This document shows, in pieces, positions 47,114-56,492 of a stretch of 64,000 nt of DNA. The first letter of the stretch is position 1, and the number at the start of each line of letters is the position of its first letter. Below the pieces are notes generated by a model. That model was given only the letters and a program-made list of their open reading frames with translations, did no database searches and was not told the origin of the DNA. The DNA comes from a virus (lineage: Duplodnaviria; Caudoviricetes): IMG/VR virus record IMGVR_UViG_3300017722_005389. One strand, written 5' to 3'. The position numbers and the translations under genes were made by a program.

Positions 47114-47748
47114 TATTTATATTTACTTTTGAATTTTTGTATTTGTTCTGTAGTTAATTCATGCTTGTTAGACATAGTATTTAAAGTTTGGCTACCTAAA
47201 TGTAATACATTTGAAGTTGGAATGATGCAAGGTATGATTCCAATAGTTTCTAATTGTTTTATAGTAATATTGTCTGCGCACCAAAAAATGTATTCTTCAT
47301 TTAACCCTCCTATTTTATCATAAATAGAGCGTTTCATCATAAAACACCATCCTGAAAAATACTTACCTATTATATTCCCAAATTCAATCTTATTGATATT
47401 TGCTTGTCTCGCATCTTTAGGACATTTGGGACTCATTACGTCATATTGATATTTCATTAATTCTGTAAACCAATTTTTATGAAAAATTAAATCATTATTA
47501 CAAAATACAATCCATTCAGAATTACTTGTTCTTGCAGCTATATTCATAAATTTATTGTAATTAAATTGTTCAGAAATCTTAAGATTCCTTACTCCTTCAA
47601 AATCAGTTTTATTATCAACAACGCAAATATCAAAATCTAAATTCTCACTTTCTTTTAATGATTTTAGACAATTTTCAGTTACTTTTTTTAATTCAGGAGT
47701 TTTACTATCTGAAAGAATTATTATTTGAGCAATTTTTTTAGTTTCCAT
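47113..47748 (-). CDS. Glycosyltransferase, GT2
   Basis: FNYNKFMN, WIVFCNNDL, GWCFMM, VLHLGSQT. Confidence 0.8.
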   Translation of the reverse strand: METKKIAQIIILSDSKTPELKKVTENCLKSLKESENLDFDICVVDNKTDFEGVRNLKISEQFNYNKFMNIAARTSNSEWIVFCNNDLIFHKNWFTELMKYQYDVMSPKCPKDARQANINKIEFGNIIGKYFSGWCFMMKRSIYDKIGGLNEEYIFWCADNITIKQLETIGIIPCIIPTSNVLHLGSQTLNTMSNKHELTTEQIQKFKSKYK

Positions 47749-47762
47749 TTATTAAAATTATA

Positions 47763-49166
47763 TTATTTTCCCATCCAGGCACATACTTTTTTTCTATTTT
47801 TATGATGCTTTTTTAAATAATTTCTTGTTTCTCCTAAAGAAAGCTTTAAATCCAATGAAGAACCAATATCTATTAAAAATAAATCCTGTCTTTCTTTATG
47901 CATTTTATAAATACATATTTTTGTAAATGTCCCTGCCATAAATAAAAATACAGTATTTGGATTTAAAGTTTTACTATAATTAATAATATCGGCTATCATA
48001 TCATAATCATGATACCAAGCATTTACCCCAACTCTGAATTCTTTTAAAATATTATAATTATTATTTTTAAAATATGATGTATCTGCATTTTTATGGCATA
48101 CTAATACTATCTCTTTGTTTTTTATTGATTCTGGAAATTTAGATTCAAATATATCATAGTTTGAATTTACAAATAATGTTGCCCATGTAACATTTAAATC
48201 TGACTGTTCACTATAATTATACATTTTTTTAGATTTATCATTTCCTACACATGTTGGACATGGTAATCCTACATAATAATTATTAGATTTATATTTTATT
48301 GCCTCAGACATTTCATTTCTCAATTTTTGATATTTTGAATCATTGGGATCATACCTATGTTCTCCATTGAATTTTTTACTTAAATCTATAGGAGTATTTT
48401 CAATAATCATCATTTCTCCATCACCAAATCTTGTAAATGAAAATGGGATATTATTATTTATTTTATTTATAATTTTTGTTAAATCTTCCTTGAAATTTTT
48501 TTTACCATTATATTTTGTTTCTAAAAATGTATAGAATTTTTCCTTTAAATTTTTTAATTTTACATACTGGTCATTTCCATCATTTATGATTGTTAAATCA
48601 ATATTACATCCTATCAACTTATAAGAATGTTCATATTTTGCAAAATACGATAACCATAAATCTTCTATAAACGCATATTCTTTAGGTATATTATATAATC
48701 TTTCATCTAAAAATATCGAAGAATCTATTAACATTCCGCCTGTTCCACAATAATCGCATTCTGTAAGATTATTTATTCTAGTTCGATTATAATATGAACC
48801 ATTCATTTTCCAACCAAACCAAGAAATTATAGATTTAGGTTGATACATACTATTAAAGTCTTCTACAAATTTGTTATTGAAAATTTGATCATCATCAATA
48901 AAAATAATTTTAGAAAATTCATTAGCTATTTTTTTAGCATAAAGGAATCTGCCTATACCTCCAACATTAGTTTCAGAATTAATAACTTCAATTTTTAATT
49001 GAGGATAGTTTTTAATTATATTTTCAATAGTCTCCTTTTCTCCAAAATTGTTATTCCATATATGAAGCTTAACATTTTTATATGTTTGAGAGGATAAAAG
49101 ATTTAAGGTTTCTTTCAATCTTGAAACTCTTTTCCATGTACACATTACTATTGCTATAAAAGGCAT
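47763..49166 (-). CDS. Bifunctional glycosyltransferase: GT-A plus GT-D (DUF1792-like)
   Basis: IFIDDD and EDLWLS in the N-domain; FSFTRFGDGE and IDIGSSLD in the C-domain. Confidence 0.72.
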   Translation of the reverse strand: MPFIAIVMCTWKRVSRLKETLNLLSSQTYKNVKLHIWNNNFGEKETIENIIKNYPQLKIEVINSETNVGGIGRFLYAKKIANEFSKIIFIDDDQIFNNKFVEDFNSMYQPKSIISWFGWKMNGSYYNRTRINNLTECDYCGTGGMLIDSSIFLDERLYNIPKEYAFIEDLWLSYFAKYEHSYKLIGCNIDLTIINDGNDQYVKLKNLKEKFYTFLETKYNGKKNFKEDLTKIINKINNNIPFSFTRFGDGEMMIIENTPIDLSKKFNGEHRYDPNDSKYQKLRNEMSEAIKYKSNNYYVGLPCPTCVGNDKSKKMYNYSEQSDLNVTWATLFVNSNYDIFESKFPESIKNKEIVLVCHKNADTSYFKNNNYNILKEFRVGVNAWYHDYDMIADIINYSKTLNPNTVFLFMAGTFTKICIYKMHKERQDLFLIDIGSSLDLKLSLGETRNYLKKHHKNRKKVCAWMGK

Positions 49167-49195
49167 TTCTAATATTTTGGTATCTCTATATTTTT

Positions 49196-50863
49196 TTATT
49201 TCACCCGACTTAAATGCATTATCAATTTTTTTATATATTTTTGCGCTACTTTATGTTTTTCCGATTTATAAACTTTTTGAGTGCCTTCAGGTCTAACATC
49301 ATTATATATGTAATGCATTTTATTTATTTTATGAACTTGGTCGCTATAACACTGAGCTAAAATACCCATAGTTAAACATACGTCAGTGCAGAATTTATAC
49401 CATTCGCCTTTTTCATCTTTTAATATGTGTTCTGGGACTTTTTGGGCTACTCCAACTTTAAATGTTCTTAAAGGTGGACATGAAAATCCTTTTCCAGAAT
49501 AATCTACATTATTTATTGTTTCGTTTCCATATGTTCCAGCATTTAATATTTTTCCTGTGGAAACAAATTTAAAATTACCGAAGGTAATTAAACATTCTTT
49601 ATTTTTTAAATAATGATTTGATATATCTAAAAATGTATCATTTGTGACAGTATCATCTAAATCTATCATCAATGCGATTGCATCAGGATCTTTTAATTGT
49701 GAAATGATTAAATTTCTACTGTATGCAGCACCATAATTTTTATTATTTTGATAGATTTTTACTTTAGGATCATTGTTTGCAATTTGCTTTAAAATTTTAT
49801 ATGTTTTATCGTTAGAACCATCATCAAGCATGTGTATAGTGTAATCATAATTTCCAGGTATCTGATTATTTAAAGAATTATACGTATGCATCGCAAATTT
49901 TTCACAATTCCATCCAACTGAAACTATTTCAAGTTTTATTTTTTTGCCTTCAACAATATTAGGTACATAACTATTAATATTACTTCTGCTATTACTTTTA
50001 CTATTACTTTTACTATTACTTTTCAAATGATTCAAAACCGATACCCCATTAATTTCAGAAGAATTATTATGCACTTTATTAAGCATGTCAGTGTTAGCAC
50101 TAACATTAACATCATTCCTTTGACCGAGCCCAATTCCTCCTAAGCAAATTAATGCTTCCTTAATAATTCTTTTATCTACAGTTTTTGCCCATACTTTCTG
50201 AATAAACCTAAAATCTCCACATTTCCATCCATCCCATTTGATAGTTTTAGCAACACCTGAATGAACTGCAAAACATTGGGAACTGATTCTTGCCAATCTT
50301 GGAGGTTTTCCAAGTTCCTGTAAAGAAGGCAAAAGTCCTCCATTTGGATATTTCATCTGCCAAAGAAGCATATCCGTATTACTTCTGGCAATATTTGCCA
50401 CCTTTTGTAATACATTGTTGTCTGCAAGATAATCATCGTCATCTAATATTATGATCCATCCATCGTTTACTTTTTCGATAAGTTTGTTAAGATAGAGATT
50501 ATATATGAAACGTGGACCAGTCTTTGGATCTGGAATATCAGCTTCCTTAGAAATCACATTCTTATCCATAAAGAAATAATCCACACCACATTCCTTTACA
50601 TATTCTTCATCTTGTAAATTATCAATAGAAACAATATGTCTTACATTCTTATATGTTTGATTTTTTACAGATTCATGACATCTTTTGAAAGCTAAAGGTC
50701 TTCCAGATGTTCTTGTAAGAATATTTATCAGAGGTATAGGTATTTCAACTTTATTTATCACGATTTTTGCTTTTGATTGTACAGGTTTTATTGCACTTGG
50801 GGGTGTTTTTATGATGGTACCTTTATTACCATTTCTGGTTGTAAGTTTTTGAATATGTTTCAT
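49196..50863 (-). CDS. Tandem GT2-GT2 glycosyltransferase
   Basis: ILTRTSGRP..IILDDDD; second domain LDDGSND, YSRN, IDLDD, CTDV. Confidence 0.8.
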   Translation of the reverse strand: MKHIQKLTTRNGNKGTIIKTPPSAIKPVQSKAKIVINKVEIPIPLINILTRTSGRPLAFKRCHESVKNQTYKNVRHIVSIDNLQDEEYVKECGVDYFFMDKNVISKEADIPDPKTGPRFIYNLYLNKLIEKVNDGWIIILDDDDYLADNNVLQKVANIARSNTDMLLWQMKYPNGGLLPSLQELGKPPRLARISSQCFAVHSGVAKTIKWDGWKCGDFRFIQKVWAKTVDKRIIKEALICLGGIGLGQRNDVNVSANTDMLNKVHNNSSEINGVSVLNHLKSNSKSNSKSNSRSNINSYVPNIVEGKKIKLEIVSVGWNCEKFAMHTYNSLNNQIPGNYDYTIHMLDDGSNDKTYKILKQIANNDPKVKIYQNNKNYGAAYSRNLIISQLKDPDAIALMIDLDDTVTNDTFLDISNHYLKNKECLITFGNFKFVSTGKILNAGTYGNETINNVDYSGKGFSCPPLRTFKVGVAQKVPEHILKDEKGEWYKFCTDVCLTMGILAQCYSDQVHKINKMHYIYNDVRPEGTQKVYKSEKHKVAQKYIKKLIMHLSRVK

Positions 50864-52353
50864 CCTAACTGTACTATGAAGTTTTTAAGTTTCTTTTGGT
50901 ATTTTGAGAATTTAGGGGCAATAAGATTTATGGCTACTTTCTGTTCATTTCTTAATTTTTCAACGTCTTTTTTATCTGAAATTTCATTAGTAAAACAAGC
51001 AGCTTCTCCCACATAAATATTCTTATAATTCCTTAAAATACATTCTATACTCAAAAGAATGTCTTCATAACTTTCTTCAGGGCTTGTATCAAATCCTCCA
51101 ATCCCTATAAACAAAGCCTTTCTAATCATAAAAAAGTTTTTAGTATTGCCAAAAATATTTTCTTCTTTTTTGAAAGAGGCTCCAAAAACGGTTCTTATTC
51201 CTTGATTAGTGAATCCCATTCGGTTTTCTTTATTCATATAACAGACAATGCCTCCATGTTGGATTTTATTGTCTTTGAAATGTAATCTACACCCTACTGT
51301 TCCAATTTCTTTTTTATTCTTAAGACATTCGCTAACCATGATTGAAATTGCATCATTAATCATTTCAATACCACTATCGCAAAATAAAACTAATTCAGTT
51401 CCCTTGTCAATATAATTGAATACTATATCATTGTTAACACTTGCATAATGACTGTAATCATAATATAAAAGGTTAAGTTTTTTATCATAATACACATATT
51501 CTTCAATAGAAGCAATATTTTCTTCATTTGAACCTGTATCCGCAATATAAATCTGGTAATTTGAATAATTTGTCTTTTTAAGACTTTCAATACATTCCTT
51601 TAAACGTTCAAAATTGTCTTTAGAATGAATTATTATAGCTAAAGATGGTTCATTCTTAATATTAACATCTTTATTGCTTACAAAGGGAAATTGATTGATT
51701 TCTAAAGGAAGATTATCTTTATATTTTAGAGTGAATAATTCTCTACTTTTATTCCAATCTTCTGAAACCATTCCAATTGATTCATGTTTTATTTTAAAAT
51801 CGAAAATTACACCTATTTTAACTCCTTCAATTGAATTTCTAAGGCAAAAGGGTATGTCATAAAAATGGAATCCTTTAAATTCTTCATCAAAGTTTGATTT
51901 TATTCTTTCTTTATGAATCGCCATAAATAATCCATCGATACAAGCAACTTGATGTATTTTGCCAGAAGCTTTGTAACTGTAACTCATTTCAGTCCATTTT
52001 CCTTGCTTATCTCGGTGCGCAACTTCGCCTACCATCAAATGTCTTTTTCTCCACCACATTCCTGTTTCATCTATTTCAGTAGTTCCAGCCATTCCTAAAA
52101 TACCGAAATCTGATGAATTAAAATGGTCATAAATGATTTTATCCCAACCTTTTTCTAAATGGATGTCATCGTGAACACAGACTAATATTGGATATTTTGA
52201 TTGTTCAAGAGCAGTATTATATGCTTCCGAAAGAGAGTGTGTATTTTTGTTTACAAATTGTATAATTTCAACATCTGGTAATGTGCAAGTCTTCTGAAGA
52301 ACTTCTTTATATTCATTTGACTCCTCACGAGTTGAAAAGAAAATAGATATCAT
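50860..52353 (-). CDS. Two-domain GT2-like glycosyltransferase
   Basis: VCVHDD, IDGLF, FHFYD; second domain ADTGS, VGCRLHF, HGGI, EDILL. Confidence 0.8.
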   Translation of the reverse strand: MISIFFSTREESNEYKEVLQKTCTLPDVEIIQFVNKNTHSLSEAYNTALEQSKYPILVCVHDDIHLEKGWDKIIYDHFNSSDFGILGMAGTTEIDETGMWWRKRHLMVGEVAHRDKQGKWTEMSYSYKASGKIHQVACIDGLFMAIHKERIKSNFDEEFKGFHFYDIPFCLRNSIEGVKIGVIFDFKIKHESIGMVSEDWNKSRELFTLKYKDNLPLEINQFPFVSNKDVNIKNEPSLAIIIHSKDNFERLKECIESLKKTNYSNYQIYIADTGSNEENIASIEEYVYYDKKLNLLYYDYSHYASVNNDIVFNYIDKGTELVLFCDSGIEMINDAISIMVSECLKNKKEIGTVGCRLHFKDNKIQHGGIVCYMNKENRMGFTNQGIRTVFGASFKKEENIFGNTKNFFMIRKALFIGIGGFDTSPEESYEDILLSIECILRNYKNIYVGEAACFTNEISDKKDVEKLRNEQKVAINLIAPKFSKYQKKLKNFIVQLG

Positions 52354-52411
52354 TTTTAATTAATATAATTAATTTTCTTATGAAAATAAAAAAGGTCTCT
52401 GATGAGACCTT
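52352..52411. repeat. 60-bp direct repeat, copy 1 (terminator plus leader)
   Basis: ATTTTTAATTAATATAATTAATTTTCTTATGAAAATAAAAAAGGTCTCTGATGAGACCTT, identical to 53277-53336. Confidence 0.92.
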
Positions 52412-52435
52412 AAAATTTATAAATAATAAAAATTC

Positions 52436-53254
52436 TTAATTAATAATGTTTACGTTATCATTCCTCATTTCATTTCTTTCTAATATTGTAGATTCTAAAA
52501 CTTTATGAGGTGTAGAGTATTTTTGCATATATTTTAATAAGGCATTAGTATCTTTTGGAAAACATGCTCCTCCATAGCTTAATTTACCATCAGGACCAGG
52601 AATTTGAGTATGCATGGGATTTATCCAATTGTTTTTAAGCATTAAATTTTTGACTGTATCATAATCAACATTCATTGCGTTACATAATAGATATAGCTCA
52701 TTAAAAAATTGAACTTTTACTGCATAAAAACTATTAGCAAAAATTTTCATACTTTCAGATTCATTTGAAGTAACGATAGATAATTCAGCAGAAGGATAAT
52801 ATTTTAAATAAAAATTCGCTATTATGTCTATATCCGTATGACTACAATTTTTTCCATATCCTATCACAATATGAGATTGATTATGAAAATCATCGAAGGC
52901 TGTTCTTTGTGTTAAGAATTCTGGATTATGAAATATTTTTAAAGTTTTGAAATTATCTGAATAATATTCAGTTGACGTTGGTTCTACTGTACTTTTAATT
53001 ATAATTAATCCTGTATACTTATATTCTTCTAATTTTTCTAAAGTTTCAAAAATAGCTGATTTATCATATTCAGATATTTTTTCATTATATGGAGTTGGTA
53101 GAGCTAAAAATATAATATCAGAACTTAAACATTCATCAAAAGATCCGATATTTTTATATTTGTCATGAACTGTAATGTTGGGAATTTTATATTTAGTAAA
53201 ACTTTCTAACATTGCAGTTCCAACAAATCCTAAGCCTATTATAGAAATTTTCAT
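52436..53254 (-). CDS. ugd: UDP-glucose/GDP-mannose dehydrogenase family, short form
   Basis: IIGLGFVG, IIKST, NPEFL, K..AN...A, YGGACFPKD; no C-terminal UDP-binding domain. Confidence 0.85.
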   Translation of the reverse strand: MKISIIGLGFVGTAMLESFTKYKIPNITVHDKYKNIGSFDECLSSDIIFLALPTPYNEKISEYDKSAIFETLEKLEEYKYTGLIIIKSTVEPTSTEYYSDNFKTLKIFHNPEFLTQRTAFDDFHNQSHIVIGYGKNCSHTDIDIIANFYLKYYPSAELSIVTSNESESMKIFANSFYAVKVQFFNELYLLCNAMNVDYDTVKNLMLKNNWINPMHTQIPGPDGKLSYGGACFPKDTNALLKYMQKYSTPHKVLESTILERNEMRNDNVNIIN

Positions 53255-53276
53255 AAGTTATCTTATTATAAATGAT

Positions 53277-53336
53277 ATTTTTAATTAATATAATTAATTT
53301 TCTTATGAAAATAAAAAAGGTCTCTGATGAGACCTT
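53277..53336. repeat. 60-bp direct repeat, copy 2
   Basis: Identical to 52352-52411; contains hairpin GGTCTC-TGAT-GAGACC. Confidence 0.92.
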
Positions 53337-53348
53337 TTTGTTATAATC

Positions 53349-54326
53349 TTACATATTTAAAGCTTTATCACCTAATTCTATAATTTTATCCATAATTTCT
53401 TCAGCAAACAAGTTTGAAACTATTACCATACTTTTTTTGGATTCAAAATCAAACATATAATAGACAATTGTTCCTGTATCCCCTGCTCCCAATCCTCCGA
53501 CAGGATTTGTTTTGTTATCAAAAAAATGATACAATGTACTTCTTTTGATTATCTTATTAGTCAATAAAGCTCTTGAGAATTTATGTAAATCATTTATAGA
53601 GGTATATATTAGTCCTTTTGCAAAATAATTTGACCATTCATCAGCTCTAACAACTTCTTTTGTATTGTCTTTATAAAGATACCCAATCATATTCCACATG
53701 CTATAATCTTGAAAATCTACAGCTGCGCTGTTTGAACATCCTGCAGGTTCTAAAACTTCCTCTTTCAAAAGAACATCCCATTTTGTCTTTGTTATTAATT
53801 CTGCTATTGATAGCAAAATATAAAAATTGCTGTTACTGTAAGATTCATCAGAACCTGGATTAAAATGAAGTGGATATTTTCCCAAAGCTCTTAATATATC
53901 CACCCAATTGAAGTTTTGCGGTGCGTTATCATTATAATACGCAAAATCTGGTATTTCATTAAGAAAATCAGGTATACCACTTTTATGCTTCAAACAATCT
54001 TCTATTGTAATTTCAGCCCATTTATTCCAATCATAAAAATTGATAATATTTTTGCCATTTCTAACAGGATCAATCCATTTAAAAATTTTATCTTTCAAAT
54101 TCATAGCACCTGATTCTATCAATTTCAATATCAAAATTTTTACATGTAATTTGCTTACACTTTGGGCAAAAAATGGGGTATCATTTGAAATGTCTCCTTC
54201 TTTAAAGGAGAACAAATATTTTCCTTTTGAAAGGTCATCGTTATACTGAACTAAACTTAAACTTAAACTTGGAATAGAATACTCTCTTTTGAAATTTGAT
54301 AATTCAGTTTTGAAATTTTGTGGCAT
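53349..54326 (-). CDS. Serine hydrolase, beta-lactamase/PBP-like family
   Basis: AQSVSK (SxxK), LKHKSG, YSNSNF (YxN); TATTTATA upstream. Confidence 0.8.
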   Translation of the reverse strand: MPQNFKTELSNFKREYSIPSLSLSLVQYNDDLSKGKYLFSFKEGDISNDTPFFAQSVSKLHVKILILKLIESGAMNLKDKIFKWIDPVRNGKNIINFYDWNKWAEITIEDCLKHKSGIPDFLNEIPDFAYYNDNAPQNFNWVDILRALGKYPLHFNPGSDESYSNSNFYILLSIAELITKTKWDVLLKEEVLEPAGCSNSAAVDFQDYSMWNMIGYLYKDNTKEVVRADEWSNYFAKGLIYTSINDLHKFSRALLTNKIIKRSTLYHFFDNKTNPVGGLGAGDTGTIVYYMFDFESKKSMVIVSNLFAEEIMDKIIELGDKALNM

Positions 54327-54371
54327 TCTTTTTATATAAATATTCTTTTGTAAAACAAAAAAAAAATCTAC

Positions 54372-54881
54372 TTATGAAGTAGATTTTTTTGCTTTAACAA
54401 AAGAAATATAATTTTTCAAGATAGTATTAGCAATTTCATCTGGATTTTTAATTTTATATTCTTTGAGAAAGAAATTTCTAACAGAGCTTTTTTCGTTTCT
54501 CAGAAGCCATATATCGATTATTTTTTTGCCAACTGTTGGATGTAGTTCTATAGCAAAAGAAAATTCGTCAAATTTTTCAAAGTCATCTATTTTATTTTCT
54601 GGAGTGATACTAACAAGATACTCTATAGCTTCATCAATGTTCTTTGGGATTTTTTCAATATATGAATCAATATTTTTTTTCAAGATGGCACATTTTTCAT
54701 ATTGTTCTAATTTCTCGTAATATTCGATTGTATCAATCATGATAAAATAATATTCTTCAAAGGACTCTGAAATGAAATAATAATACTTATCTTTTAAAAC
54801 TATATCATAAACATATTCAAAAAATTGTTTTTCTTTTTCATCAATGAAAATAGTTTGAGCCGTTATTCCTGTTAAACTCAT
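54372..54881 (-). CDS. Hypothetical protein (C-terminus resembles DUF6794)
   Basis: EQYEKCA.LK motif; H..VG..I...W.L......FF......PD.I...IL pattern. Confidence 0.5.
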   Translation of the reverse strand: MSLTGITAQTIFIDEKEKQFFEYVYDIVLKDKYYYFISESFEEYYFIMIDTIEYYEKLEQYEKCAILKKNIDSYIEKIPKNIDEAIEYLVSITPENKIDDFEKFDEFSFAIELHPTVGKKIIDIWLLRNEKSSVRNFFLKEYKIKNPDEIANTILKNYISFVKAKKSTS

Positions 54882-55915
54882 TTGTTTACTCGATTATTTG
54901 TATCTGTTGTTTTTTGAACAAGTTCAGTTTCACCTGCAACAAAAGTTTCCAGATACTTATCTCCAGTATAACTCATAGCTGTTGCAAGTCTGTGATTCAA
55001 ATTAGAAATTAATTCTTCTAAAGTGAATAGAACTTCGTTTCTTTTGTGTATACCTTCACTAGGACGTAGTATTTTTTTTCTCCAGGATTTTTGTACTTCT
55101 GTGGTACTCATTCCCCTATATTTTCTATAGACTTTAAAACCAAGTCTTTTGAAAAATGCTATACTTATATTTGGAATTGGAATTCGGTTTGAAAGATATG
55201 CTTGTCCGCAAGCTTCATTTGTTTTGTTGAAAATACTTCCCATCATAACGAAGTCTGCACCGCATGCTAAAGCGATATTTACATCTGCTGTTGAAGAAAT
55301 ACCTCCATCTGCAATTATATTAGTAGAATAACCTGCTTTTTCTTTGATCATTCTTGCTTCCATAAGTAAAGATGCCATTGGATAATGAACACCTGTATGA
55401 GTTGTGGTGGTGCATACTGCTCCCATTCCTATACCAAATTTGCAATAATCCACACCAATTTCAGCAAAACTTGCATATGTTTCTGGATTTGCAATATTGC
55501 CAATCATAAGAATTAAATCACTTCCATATATATCTTTTGCATCAGCACAAGCATTGAAAAGTTTTGACATATGACCATTTGCTATATCGATATGAATATA
55601 CCAATGTTTAGGCTGCTCTTGATTCTTTATAAATTTTTGAATAAACTCATCTAAAGAGTAACTTTCAAATACATTTGGAGTATTCTCTTCGAGATAAATT
55701 CCTCTTGGAAGACAAATGTTCAAACCTGCCTCCATAAAAAGTTTATAATTTTCCTTGTTAAGGACTGTATCCATTGGAGCCACAAAAAATGGTGATTGAC
55801 CATTTTCGTAAGTTGTCATAACATCGTTTCTGCTATCAATATCTGATAAAATAGCAGGCACAATTGCTAAATCTCCAAGATTTAAGGTTTCTTTAATATT
55901 CTTCAAATTTGCCAT
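54878..55915 (-). CDS. IMP dehydrogenase/GMP reductase family, no CBS domain
   Basis: APMDTV, IDIANGH, KFGIGMGAVCTT, IIADGGI, GADFVMMG, YRGM. Confidence 0.88.
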   Translation of the reverse strand: MANLKNIKETLNLGDLAIVPAILSDIDSRNDVMTTYENGQSPFFVAPMDTVLNKENYKLFMEAGLNICLPRGIYLEENTPNVFESYSLDEFIQKFIKNQEQPKHWYIHIDIANGHMSKLFNACADAKDIYGSDLILMIGNIANPETYASFAEIGVDYCKFGIGMGAVCTTTTHTGVHYPMASLLMEARMIKEKAGYSTNIIADGGISSTADVNIALACGADFVMMGSIFNKTNEACGQAYLSNRIPIPNISIAFFKRLGFKVYRKYRGMSTTEVQKSWRKKILRPSEGIHKRNEVLFTLEELISNLNHRLATAMSYTGDKYLETFVAGETELVQKTTDTNNRVNK

Positions 55916-56486
55916 CTAAAATTCGATCAAAGTTTACAATTTCTGAATAAGAGTTACTAAGTTTTTTTTTCAATTTTTTATTATGCTCAGATGTTAAAAT
56001 AATTTTTGGTGCATCTGGATAGTTGTAGAATATACTTTGGGGTACATCGTAAGTATTGAATATTAATTTTGATGTTATCCCCATCATATGGTCTATACTT
56101 TTATATAAGCGTTCAGAATAGTCATCTGAATCAATAATGATGCAATCATAAAAATCATAAATTTCGTTTATATTTATTTCGTCATAACAAAACACTCCAG
56201 TGACAGATAACTTTTTCTTCAGAGAATATAAGATATTGCCATCTCTTTCAACACCATTCTCATGATAATATTTATAGTTCTCAAGAATTTTGAAAATTAT
56301 ATCGATTTGAGTTTTTCTGTCTTTGGTGAGAATCAATATTGAATAATCTTCTTTTAAAAACATATTTTCAGCAGCCCATTCAGTTATGAATGTTGTGAAT
56401 CCTACACCCTTTGGGCTTCCTGTTATCAAGAAATCCGCTTCATCGAATATTTGCCAAAGATCGTTTATATAAAATCTGTCAGTCAT
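55893..56486 (-). CDS. Hypothetical protein, degenerate P-loop/terminase-like
   Basis: LITGSPKGVGFTT and CIIIDSD resemble Walker A and B. Confidence 0.4.
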   Translation of the reverse strand: MTDRFYINDLWQIFDEADFLITGSPKGVGFTTFITEWAAENMFLKEDYSILILTKDRKTQIDIIFKILENYKYYHENGVERDGNILYSLKKKLSVTGVFCYDEININEIYDFYDCIIIDSDDYSERLYKSIDHMMGITSKLIFNTYDVPQSIFYNYPDAPKIILTSEHNKKLKKKLSNSYSEIVNFDRILDGKFEEY

Positions 56487-56492
56487 AATTTA

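Noticed and set aside
39075-53254. Bacterial O-antigen/capsule locus (host contamination or chimera)
   Set aside because: Contiguous and co-oriented with phage genes, shares their leader style, and lacks wzx/wzy/wza/waaL and rml genes.
53349-54326. Antibiotic-resistance beta-lactamase call
   Set aside because: No signal peptide and no canonical third motif; only fold-level similarity is supported.
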